Below, in pieces: positions 25,173-32,000 of a DNA stretch of 32,000 nucleotides. Origin of the DNA: Candidatus Nanosynbacter lyticus. Its GTDB lineage: Bacteria > Patescibacteriota > Saccharimonadia > Saccharimonadales > Saccharimonadaceae. The position numbers and the translations under genes are program-made. Under the pieces are notes generated by a model. It had not been told where the DNA came from and did no database searches. It saw nothing but the letters and a program-made list of their open reading frames with translations. The stretch covers positions 480,001-512,000 of the forward strand of contig NZ_CP124549.1 in the NCBI RefSeq assembly GCF_030253515.1, in the 5' to 3' direction. Each line of letters opens with the position of its first letter. The first letter of the stretch is position 1.

Positions 25173-26243
25173 TTAGTCTTCCTGCGCCGGTCGGTCGATT
25201 AACTCTGGCTGTGTTTGGTGGTCGCCGCCAGTAATCCGCACCACGTCTTTATCAATCTTGCCCAGCTCTTTGTACGAATTATTATAATGCCCGACAGTCG
25301 TACTGAGGCTCTTGCCCATCTTGGTCATCAGCTCATCAAACTTTTTGATGTGCACGCCCAGCTGGCCGACGCGTACCTGAATATCTTTGGCCTGCTCTTC
25401 AATTTGTAAACTCCTCAGGCCCTGCAGCACCGTCTGCAAATACGCTAAAAAGCTGGTCGGACTGACGATAATCACGCGCTTGTCACGAAAGGCATATTCG
25501 ATCAAATCGCGACTCGAACCGCCCGCCCCGACATTGTTAATGAGTAAGTCATAATACAGCGACTCACTCGGGATGAACATAAAGGCAAAGTCCATAGTAT
25601 GCTCACGCGGGCGGATATATTTGCTGGTTTCGTCAATGCGCCCCTTGAGGTCTGCCTTCACCTTATTCAGCCACAGCTCGCGCTCAGCCTTGGTCTCGGC
25701 GTTAATCATCCGGTTGTAATTTTCCAAGCTAAACTTACTATCCACCGGCAACATCTGCCCCTTGTCTAGAAAAATAACTGCATCAACAGTCTCGCCATCC
25801 TTGAAGCGGTATTGCATCTGGAACTGCTTGGCAGGCAGTACATTATCCAACACGCTTTCCAGGTAGAATTCGCCGAACACACCACGCTGCTTCGGATTTT
25901 GCAAGACATTTTGCAGGGTCTTTAGGTCAGTCGCCACGTCGACCACCCGTTTGTTCGTCTCATCCAACTTGGCCAGCCGCTGTGTTACGTCAGCCACCAA
26001 TTTGGCACTTTCCGATAGCTGCTTTTGCACCGAAGTTTGCACTTGAGCATTGCTGCGCTCTAATTTGTCGCTGACTGATTCATTCAGTTTGGCGATAGTT
26101 CGCCCCAGCTCCACCACGTCAGTTTTGATGAGCTCGACTGATGATTGCTGTTTCAGCTCGCTTAACTTCGACTGCAGCACAAACAATGTCGCACCTAACC
26201 CCATAACGATAATACCTAAGAGAATAATGATAATGATTTCCAT
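25173..26243 (-). CDS. rmuC: DNA recombination protein RmuC
   Basis: N-terminal TM segment, long coiled coil and the C-terminal RmuC nuclease-like region (FAFMFIPSESLYYD...VIIVSPTSFLAYL). Confidence 0.85.
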   Translation of the reverse strand: MEIIIIILLGIIVMGLGATLFVLQSKLSELKQQSSVELIKTDVVELGRTIAKLNESVSDKLERSNAQVQTSVQKQLSESAKLVADVTQRLAKLDETNKRVVDVATDLKTLQNVLQNPKQRGVFGEFYLESVLDNVLPAKQFQMQYRFKDGETVDAVIFLDKGQMLPVDSKFSLENYNRMINAETKAERELWLNKVKADLKGRIDETSKYIRPREHTMDFAFMFIPSESLYYDLLINNVGAGGSSRDLIEYAFRDKRVIIVSPTSFLAYLQTVLQGLRSLQIEEQAKDIQVRVGQLGVHIKKFDELMTKMGKSLSTTVGHYNNSYKELGKIDKDVVRITGGDHQTQPELIDRPAQED

Positions 26244-26261
26244 ACTCTTAGTGTACAGGGA

Positions 26262-26711
26262 TTACAGAGACAAGACAACTCGCGCCAACAGGACGAATAT
26301 AGCCAAAACGATAATCGCCGCCACGTTGCCGCGGGTCCGGTTCAGCCACATCGCGGTTGCGTATACGAAGCCAAACGCCACAGTTGTTATCATCAGCGAC
26401 AACCACCATACCTCAGCAGTCGAGACGCCGACACCCCACAGTGCGCCAACCGCAGCGAGTACCACGAGCAGCGGCCGCCTGACTCGATTGAGGGCGATAA
26501 TCGGTACGAGCATAACGCTGACCAATACCAGCGCAACGTAGGCACCAATTTGCGCACTGTTCGTACACATTGATGGGTCGGCCGTCGGGCCACAAATAAT
26601 CTGCTTTAGGATAAAGCGATCAAGCGCCAGGGCAATCAGCCATGTCACGACACCGCCAACCATACCGCTGATGACAACTCGCCAGAACACCGCCGGCGTC
26701 ACGGGAAACAT
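26262..26711 (-). CDS. Hypothetical multi-pass membrane protein (start uncertain)
   Basis: Hydrophobic throughout. Trimmed to the first ATG (26711); the ORF-track start at 26855 is a TTG that overlaps the PAP2 gene by 58 nt. Confidence 0.55.
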   Translation of the reverse strand: MFPVTPAVFWRVVISGMVGGVVTWLIALALDRFILKQIICGPTADPSMCTNSAQIGAYVALVLVSVMLVPIIALNRVRRPLLVVLAAVGALWGVGVSTAEVWWLSLMITTVAFGFVYATAMWLNRTRGNVAAIIVLAIFVLLARVVLSL

Positions 26712-26797
26712 ATAATCTGATTCTTCCTCGTGAAAAACTTTCTCAAACCACTTCACAATAGATACAACTATACCAATAATTTGATAAAACCGCAACC

Positions 26798-27280
26798 CTA
26801 TTTTGCAGTGCGTGACGCCTGTCGCAACGGCATGTACCAGAATATGCCCACCCAAGCGATAATGAGCCCCCCGGCCACATCAAGCGGCGTATGCACCAAT
26901 GCCACCACCCGCCCTATACCAACCAGTAGCGTCATCACTAAACAGGCCACGGCCCACCCTCGACACTTCGCGCCGAACCACACCGCCAGCGTGATGGCCA
27001 TCGTGAACAGGGCGTGATCAGACGGGAAGCCCGGATTATCCAAAAACGAGGCGCCAGCACTCACGCCCGCCAGTTCAAACGGACGGAGGCCTGATGGCTG
27101 ATATAGCAACCCGATAATTTTTGCTGCGACGAACGCCGTCAGCCCCGCCATTAGCACTCGTGTATACACTTGATGGCGCCGATCTCGCGGTACGTGTCGG
27201 ATGAGCGTATACATCCCGATCAACACCACCGGGATCACCAGCCCGTCGGCAACAATTTTCACCATCCATGAAATATCCAT
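26798..27280 (-). CDS. PAP2-superfamily phosphatase (undecaprenyl-diphosphatase/lipid phosphatase type)
   Basis: PSDH (PSGH-type) motif and GRVVALVHTPLD (R-x5-H-x3-D) motif. Start set at the ATG at 27280, 7 nt after a minus-strand TATAAT (27288-27293); 27289 is an alternative. The ORF-track extension to 27403 would overlap tRNA-Gln. Confidence 0.8.
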   Translation of the reverse strand: MDISWMVKIVADGLVIPVVLIGMYTLIRHVPRDRRHQVYTRVLMAGLTAFVAAKIIGLLYQPSGLRPFELAGVSAGASFLDNPGFPSDHALFTMAITLAVWFGAKCRGWAVACLVMTLLVGIGRVVALVHTPLDVAGGLIIAWVGIFWYMPLRQASRTAK

Positions 27281-27337
27281 AAGCCCCATTATACCCTGCT
27301 GGGCGTCGGCGTCAAACCCTGCGCTCGACCCGCTGGC

Positions 27338-27366
27338 TTGCGCCGCTTTACCATCCGTAGTATAAT
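27338..27366 (+). promoter_or_regulatory. Promoter of tRNA-Gln
   Basis: TTGCGC (27338-27343), a 17-nt spacer, then TATAAT (27361-27366), which ends 11 nt before the mature tRNA 5' end. Confidence 0.6.
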
Positions 27367-27377
27367 CAGACACGCGT

Positions 27378-27452
27378 TGGGGATTCGCCAAGTGGTAAGG
27401 CACCGGGTTCTGGTCCCGGCATTCGGGGGTTCGAATCCCTCATCCCCAGCCA
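27378..27452 (+). tRNA. tRNA-Gln (anticodon CUG), CCA encoded
   Basis: Acceptor stem TGGGGAT/ATCCCCA. D arm GCCAAGTGGTAAGGC. Anticodon stem CCGGG/CCCGG with loop TTCTGGT. T arm GGGGG-TTCGAAT-CCCTC. Discriminator G plus CCA. Very close to the canonical bacterial tRNA-Gln. Confidence 0.95.
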
Positions 27453-27460
27453 AGAAAAAG

Positions 27461-27485
27461 GATTGACGTTTTGTCAATCTTTTTT
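27461..27485. terminator. Hairpin terminator after tRNA-Gln; overlaps the stop of the convergent membrane gene
   Basis: GATTGAC / GTTTT / GTCAATC followed by TTTTTT and preceded by AGAAAAAG, so it can act on both strands. Confidence 0.7.
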
Positions 27486-27974
27486 CTTACGCTTTGGTTT
27501 GGTATGAGCCTGATGGTCAGTTGATGTTTCTTGAGATTTTACCGTGGTCATCGCACCCTGGCCGAAACCACTTGCCCATATTGCCAAAATCCACACGCCG
27601 GCCAGAAACAGGAGCGACCAGCTACCGCCCGGTAGGTCAAACGTCGCCCCAAATATCATTGATACTCCGTGACAGAACGCCATGCTTTCTAGCAGCGTCA
27701 ACAGCAGTAGCGCCACGACGCCCATCACGGCACTTACTTTTCTCAGTCTAGCCGATATATCCATGGCGAGTAGAAATGGTAGCGCCCCAACCTCTGTGAC
27801 AACGAGAACGATAGCGCACACTGCCGCCAGCATGCCCGGCAGTCCAGCGAGCATTGATGGAAACTTATCAAACGAGAATAGCTGGCTCAAGACGATGACG
27901 AGAATGTATCCAGCAATAATTCGCCGCACGATCTGCACAACTGACATTGGCTGCTTGGTCACTGTTTTCTTCAT
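27474..27974 (-). CDS. Hypothetical multi-pass membrane protein (DoxX/MauE-like by eye)
   Basis: Four hydrophobic segments and a basic C-terminal tail (KPKRKKKD). TATACT lies 6 nt upstream of the ATG. Confidence 0.65.
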   Translation of the reverse strand: MKKTVTKQPMSVVQIVRRIIAGYILVIVLSQLFSFDKFPSMLAGLPGMLAAVCAIVLVVTEVGALPFLLAMDISARLRKVSAVMGVVALLLLTLLESMAFCHGVSMIFGATFDLPGGSWSLLFLAGVWILAIWASGFGQGAMTTVKSQETSTDHQAHTKPKRKKKD

Positions 27975-28126
27975 AGATACAGTATACCGACCCGCCTTAA
28001 AAAGCTCAAGCTTGTTGTATTATTTACCAAAACGCTTGCTTTTTTTACTAAAAACACGTACAGTAACAACAAGCGAACGATACAAAAACAAACACTACTG
28101 ACGTTTCTTTCGCTCTACGACATCCA

Positions 28127-28206
28127 CCACAACAAAATACCGTTACGAGTATGTAGCGGTATTTTCCGTTGTTGGATAAATCACAACGCTATATATAGCG
28201 TATACG
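28127..28206. promoter_or_regulatory. Cluster of inverted repeats upstream of the ParB-like gene
   Basis: About 20-bp imperfect hairpin/IR at 28127-28175 (CCACAAC-AAAATACCGTTAC / GAGTAT / GTAGCGGTATTTT-CC-GTTGTTGG). Perfect 14-bp palindrome CGCTATATATAGCG (28187-28200) overlapping the 8-bp palindrome CGTATACG (28199-28206). TATAGT at 28210-28215. Confidence 0.55.
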
Positions 28207-28221
28207 TGCTATAGTAACAAT

Positions 28222-29346
28222 ATGAAAGAATATCGTGAGTCGAGAGGGTTTGTTGAGTTTGGTCCAAAAAATACCGCACCCGTACCATTACCTGCCATTA
28301 ATGAAATTGAGCAGATTCGTAAAACATATGATCCAGGGGCAATCACTGAGCTAGCGACTTCAATTGTTCACGAGGAAGACGGTAATACTTGGTTCGATAT
28401 GTACAATCCTCTCCTAGCCGCCTGCCTCACACCAGAGGAGGCGGAGCAATACCTCAAGGAACACGCTGCGTTTCATAAAGGATCTCAGTCAATCGATAAT
28501 CTCACACCGGATGATGATGGTAACTACGTCATCCTAATCTCTGGGCATCGTCGTAAACGCGCTATCGAGCAGCTACTGAGCCAACATGGCATTGCGCCGG
28601 AATGCACCCTAGTAAATGTCAATCTTCGCCGTGGCATTACCTTCGAGGAGGCACTCGTTGCCCAAGTGCGCGAGAATACGCACGAGAAAGTGTCACCTAC
28701 TGAAACTGCCAAATATATTGAGCAACTATATATCTACCTCCGAGACAAAGAAGGGGCACAACCAACCTACAGGCGACTGTCTATGATGACCGGGATTAGT
28801 GAAGGCATTATTAGTACTGCGCTACGGTTTCAACGCTTACCGGAAAGTATCCAAAAACTCGCTACCACTCATGGTGATATCCTCCCCTACTCGACTCTCG
28901 TCAAACTCGAGCCGCTAATGCGCAAACGAGGTGAGCTGTATAAGAAGTTGCTCTCGCTCGGGCAAACCATGGACGGGGAAGACTGTGAGACCTATGTCGA
29001 GAATCACCTTCATATCGTGGCGAATACCATTGTTGAAGACCTCCTTGGCGCCAAGAAGCGCAATCACTATATTGAACAGCAGATTAGAGACCTAGAACTA
29101 CGAATTATCAATGCCCAGCCCAGCTTTGACCTTATAGCAGAAACCAGCTCTGGAGCTCAGCGAAAGACATCAGAGACCCGCCTCGGTAAGACAGCCGTAT
29201 CGGCCATGCGGCATGCCTGTCGAGACGATCCAAGAAATATGCCGCCCGAACAGCTAGCTGAACTCGAGGAGTTCGTCGCAAAAGCCAAGGCATTAGCGAC
29301 TCCTGCTGTCAATGGCTACGAACAAGAGTCGCTGCTATCCGCCTAA
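28222..29346 (+). CDS. ParB/Srx-fold protein with an HTH (ParB/Noc-like), orphan with no adjacent parA
   Basis: ParB N-terminal boxes (ITELATSIV...; ILISGHRRKRAIEQL = GxxRxxA arginine patch; VRENTHEKVSPTETAKYI). HTH-like RRLSMMTGISEGIISTALRF. Helical C-terminus. Confidence 0.75.
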   Translation: MKEYRESRGFVEFGPKNTAPVPLPAINEIEQIRKTYDPGAITELATSIVHEEDGNTWFDMYNPLLAACLTPEEAEQYLKEHAAFHKGSQSIDNLTPDDDGNYVILISGHRRKRAIEQLLSQHGIAPECTLVNVNLRRGITFEEALVAQVRENTHEKVSPTETAKYIEQLYIYLRDKEGAQPTYRRLSMMTGISEGIISTALRFQRLPESIQKLATTHGDILPYSTLVKLEPLMRKRGELYKKLLSLGQTMDGEDCETYVENHLHIVANTIVEDLLGAKKRNHYIEQQIRDLELRIINAQPSFDLIAETSSGAQRKTSETRLGKTAVSAMRHACRDDPRNMPPEQLAELEEFVAKAKALATPAVNGYEQESLLSA

Positions 29347-30002
29347 TCAACAGTTGCTTTTTGCGACTGCTGTTTGCGCCACTCAGCGATTTTGCCGTGA
29401 TGCCCACTCAGTAAGACTTCCGGTACTCGCAAGCCATTAAATACCTCTGGCCGAGTGTACTGTGGATACTCTAGTGTTTCGCCGTCTGAGAAACTCTCAA
29501 TCTCCGCTGACGTTTCACCGCCCAGCACACCTGGCAGCAGCCGCACGATCGAATCAATAATGGTCATCGCCGGCAGCTCGCCGCCAGTCAGCACAAAATC
29601 ACCGATACTCCACTGCTCATCAACCAATTCCATAATGCGCTCGTCAACACCCTCATATCGCCCGCAGATAATGATAAGCCCCCGGCCCTCATCCGCCACC
29701 ACACGCGCCATCGCCTGCCGCCAGCGCCGACCACGTGGACTCATTAGGACAACCTTTGCACTCTCGTCACGCGACCTGGCGAACTCCACCGCCCGCCACA
29801 GTGGCTTGATCATCAGTAGCATGCCATCGCCACCGCCATACGGCGTATCATCCACCTGCCGACGCGGCCCCAGACCAAATTCACGCAAGTTCACCGTCTC
29901 GAGCGAAACAATACCGTCTTTTTGCGCCTTCCACATCATTGAATTTTCAAACACTCCAGAGAACATTTCGGGAAACAGGGTAATGACTTGAAATTTTCGC
30001 AT
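29343..30002 (-). CDS. trmD: tRNA (guanine37-N1)-methyltransferase TrmD
   Basis: MKFQVITLFPEMF N-terminus, GRYEGVDERI motif and the SIGDFVLTGGELPAM SPOUT knot region. Confidence 0.95.
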   Translation of the reverse strand: MRKFQVITLFPEMFSGVFENSMMWKAQKDGIVSLETVNLREFGLGPRRQVDDTPYGGGDGMLLMIKPLWRAVEFARSRDESAKVVLMSPRGRRWRQAMARVVADEGRGLIIICGRYEGVDERIMELVDEQWSIGDFVLTGGELPAMTIIDSIVRLLPGVLGGETSAEIESFSDGETLEYPQYTRPEVFNGLRVPEVLLSGHHGKIAEWRKQQSQKATVD

Positions 30003-30037
30003 ACCTTTTATTATACCGCGCCCACATAGAAACCACC

Positions 30038-30068
30038 AAAAAACCGCCCTCTAGCCAGGCGGTTTTTT
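30038..30068. terminator. Bidirectional intrinsic terminator between khpA and trmD
   Basis: AAAAAACCGCC / CTCTAGCCA / GGCGGTTTTTT. Confidence 0.75.
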
Positions 30069-30150
30069 AGCACAAATAAGGCTCTCAATGGTTACCCATT
30101 GCTCGCATAGAGCTGTTCTCGCATATTGTCTGTGCTTGAACTAGTTATGA

Positions 30151-30543
30151 TTATATATCAAGGTCGTCCAGTTCTGCAAGCTCTTTTCGAGCATTTTCTG
30201 TATAAGAAGAGCTATTTTCCACAGTTTCATCTGTTGAGTTGTCCACAGAATCATTATCCGAAGCGGTAGTCGTAGCTTGTTTAGCACCTGTAAAGCCGTC
30301 ATTATTGACAATTTTCAGGTTGTAGCGCGCATCATTTTTCGTCCCCAATGCCCTGAGCAGCGTCCGCAGACTTTGCGCTGTACCGCCACGCTTACCGATG
30401 ACCCGACCGAGATCCTCTGGGTTGACCGTCAGCGTGAGTAACACCCCTTTTTCGTCAATCAAACGCTCGACGACGACATCTTCTGGATGCCCAACCAGCG
30501 CCTTTACTACGTATTCTACAAATTGCTGATCTATCGTTGACAT
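30151..30543 (-). CDS. khpA: KH-domain RNA-binding protein KhpA (YlqC-like) with an acidic Ser/Asp-rich C-terminal extension
   Basis: FVEYVVKALVGHPEDVVVE...LTVNPEDLGRVIGKRGGTAQSLRTLL is the KhpA pattern with a GxxG loop. AAGGAGGGG SD before the ATG at 30543; the ORF-track extension overlaps mltG. Confidence 0.85.
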   Translation of the reverse strand: MSTIDQQFVEYVVKALVGHPEDVVVERLIDEKGVLLTLTVNPEDLGRVIGKRGGTAQSLRTLLRALGTKNDARYNLKIVNNDGFTGAKQATTTASDNDSVDNSTDETVENSSSYTENARKELAELDDLDI

Positions 30544-30604
30544 ACTGCCCCTCCTTGGAATTAACTGTACTCCTAGTATAGCATAGGCGATTTGCCGAGG
30601 GCAA

Positions 30605-31693
30605 CTATGGCAATTGGCACTTTTTGGCGCAGTGGGCGGTAATGTTCGCTTTGTGCTCAGCCTCGGTCTTCGCAAAATAAGTTATGTTGTCGTCGCCGCT
30701 CAAGAAATAAAGGTAATCCTCCTGGGCTGGATCGGCCGCAGCATTCAGTGCCGCGAGACCAGGCGAAGCGATTGGCCCAGGCGGCAGCCCCTTGTGAATG
30801 CGCGTATTGTACGGTGAATTAAGCGTGTGCGAGCGAGCGACGCCAGCCTTATCGGCGGCATAATGATAGGTCACGTCTGACCCGAGTGGCATATCCTTTT
30901 TCAGACGGTTATAAAACACGCTGGCAATCCGCCGCATATCCTCACAGGTCGCTTTACCCGGGCAGCCAATTGACTCGCGCTGAACAATCGAAGCCAGCGT
31001 CAAGCCCTGATACAGCGACAGCCCTCGCGCCGCAAATTTTTTCTCGAGATTATTCTCAGCCACCACCCGGTCTAGCTCGCTGATGGCCCGCTGCAAGGCC
31101 TGCTGGGCGGTGGCGTCTGACGGCAAGAAGTACGTATCGCCATAGATATAGCCCTCGAGATCGGCGGTCGCTGGCTTGCTTTTCATGACCGCACCGGTAT
31201 ACGTAGCGGCGAAGGCGGCTGTAATTTGCTCATCGCTGTAGCCAGCGCGCTTGAGGGCGCTGGCTACAGCGGTCTTTTGAGTAGCGGGAGTCGAGGTCTT
31301 GTCGCGTAGTGTTGCCCCTGGATAAAATAGTACCGAACGCCGATCCGGTTTGCCACCGAGTAAATGCTTAAGCACCGACGCCACATCTTGATCTTGTGTA
31401 AAGCTGTACACGCCCTTGTTGAAGGTGCCGGTAACGTTATTTAACTTGAGGTAAATCGTCATGGCAAAGGCGCTGCGAATAATTTTTTTATCTTCAAGTT
31501 TTTTGGCGATAACCTGTGCCGTGTCGCCACTGGCGATTTCGACACTAATTTTTTGCCGCGCCCCGGCGTTGACCGGACGAAGCATTTGTTTGTACCAAAT
31601 GACGCTGCCAAGTATCACCACACCCGCCACCGCGACAACTGCCGATACGATAATGAGCCACAACCGCCGTTTTTTGATCTTCATTTTCTTCAT
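30605..31693 (-). CDS. mltG: Endolytic murein transglycosylase MltG (YceG-like)
   Basis: N-terminal TM anchor, LysM-like region and a C-terminal YceG catalytic region (ASIVQRES...YNTRIHKGLPPGPIASPG). Confidence 0.9.
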   Translation of the reverse strand: MKKMKIKKRRLWLIIVSAVVAVAGVVILGSVIWYKQMLRPVNAGARQKISVEIASGDTAQVIAKKLEDKKIIRSAFAMTIYLKLNNVTGTFNKGVYSFTQDQDVASVLKHLLGGKPDRRSVLFYPGATLRDKTSTPATQKTAVASALKRAGYSDEQITAAFAATYTGAVMKSKPATADLEGYIYGDTYFLPSDATAQQALQRAISELDRVVAENNLEKKFAARGLSLYQGLTLASIVQRESIGCPGKATCEDMRRIASVFYNRLKKDMPLGSDVTYHYAADKAGVARSHTLNSPYNTRIHKGLPPGPIASPGLAALNAAADPAQEDYLYFLSGDDNITYFAKTEAEHKANITAHCAKKCQLP

Positions 31694-32000
31694 CCGTGCA
31701 CCTCCAAATAATCTTGCAAAATAATACTCGCTGCCTCGGCATCGATGTCGCCTTTATCTTTGATCTTGCCAGCTAGGCGCTGTTCGGCCTGAACGCTGGT
31801 TAGCGACTCATCCTGATAAGCGATCTCGGCATCAATGTCCAGCTGACCCAACCGCCTAACAAAATCGACCACGAACTCTGTTTGTTGTGTTGGCTCACCA
31901 GACTGATTGCGCGGATAGCCGACCACTACCAGCGAGATATCGTGCCGCAACATGATCTCTGCCAGCTCCTTCATGGCCCGCTCGTCATTAGCCACCCAGC
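31690..32000 (-). CDS. ruvX: Putative pre-16S rRNA nuclease / Holliday junction resolvase-like YqgF (RuvX), N-terminus outside the window
   Basis: VVVGYPRNQSGEPTQQTE...QDESLTSVQAE is the YqgF C-terminal pattern. The frame stays open to base 32000, and the usual N-terminal LGLDxGxxRIG segment is missing. 4-nt overlap with mltG, the usual ruvX-mltG synteny. Confidence 0.8.
   Translation of the reverse strand, partial: WVANDERAMKELAEIMLRHDISLVVVGYPRNQSGEPTQQTEFVVDFVRRLGQLDIDAEIAYQDESLTSVQAEQRLAGKIKDKGDIDAEAASIILQDYLEVHG

Noticed and set aside
27281-27403. N-terminal extensions suggested by the ORF track: PAP2 to 27403, gap to 10140, clpC to 7158, khpA to 30675, HIT to 19407 and rel from 10117
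   Set aside because: The extensions would overlap tRNA-Gln and its promoter or neighbouring genes. They also start at TTG/GTG codons, whereas downstream ATGs have proper SDs or -10 boxes.
27462-27474. Exact 13-mer ATTGACGTTTTGT shared between the tRNA-Gln terminator and promoter module B (19561-19573)
   Set aside because: A few chance 13-mer matches are expected within 32 kb, and there is no extended similarity beyond the 13 nt.
27453-29346. Integrated element at the 3' end of tRNA-Gln with att direct repeats
   Set aside because: I searched by eye for a repeat of the tRNA 3' end (…TCGAATCCCTCATCCCCAGCCA). I found only a weak resemblance (CATCCACCACAACAAAA at 28121), and there is no integrase. 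It is kept only as context in the ParB finding.
30102-30125. Direct repeat CTCGCATA x2 (30102-30109 and 30118-30125) in the khpA-trmD spacer
   Set aside because: This is only an 8-mer repeated once, which could plausibly occur by chance in a 148-bp spacer.
1-32000. CRISPR arrays, IS elements/transposases, integrases, rRNA genes and other tRNAs
   Set aside because: No regularly spaced repeats, no terminal inverted repeats flanking an ORF, no recombinase-like ORF and no further cloverleaf-capable sequence were noticed.

Overview
Compact, gene-dense bacterial chromosome segment with about 30 protein genes and one tRNA. Most genes are on the minus strand and many overlap by 1-11 nt. The content is mainly housekeeping. 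In order: class A PBP (3' part), PIN/TRAM protein, radA, a membrane HExxH protein, clpC, nusA, gap, a short rel (RSH), ppa, trxB, an FKBP PPIase, an ABC exporter, pheT, pheS, a MIP channel, rmuC, a PAP2 phosphatase, tRNA-Gln(CUG), a ParB-like protein, trmD, khpA, mltG and ruvX (partial). The tight packing, low-complexity protein tails and absence of rimP, rimM and disA at their usual positions suggest a reduced genome, possibly CPR/Saccharibacteria-like; this is inference only. No CRISPR array, transposase, integrase or rRNA was seen. The main anomaly is that pheS and pheT, normally adjacent, are separated by about 4.4 kb of mosaic accessory DNA (18.4-22.8 kb). That DNA holds a SLOG/DUF2493-like gene and a variant HIT gene, then a strong promoter with a structured leader and a 71-aa ORF. 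Orphan AT-rich ORFs and a CYTH enzyme gene follow. Last comes an AT-rich two-gene cassette (308-aa orphan protein plus a 4-TM protein) sitting directly behind pheS; this cassette is my best candidate for an undescribed system. Other observations: a duplicated ~55-nt promoter module at 8.47 and 19.55 kb, and recurrent -10 boxes 6-7 nt from start codons (leaderless-type starts). There is also a stop-free GC-rich spacer after the rel TAG, and an orphan ParB-like gene preceded by dense palindromes next to tRNA-Gln.
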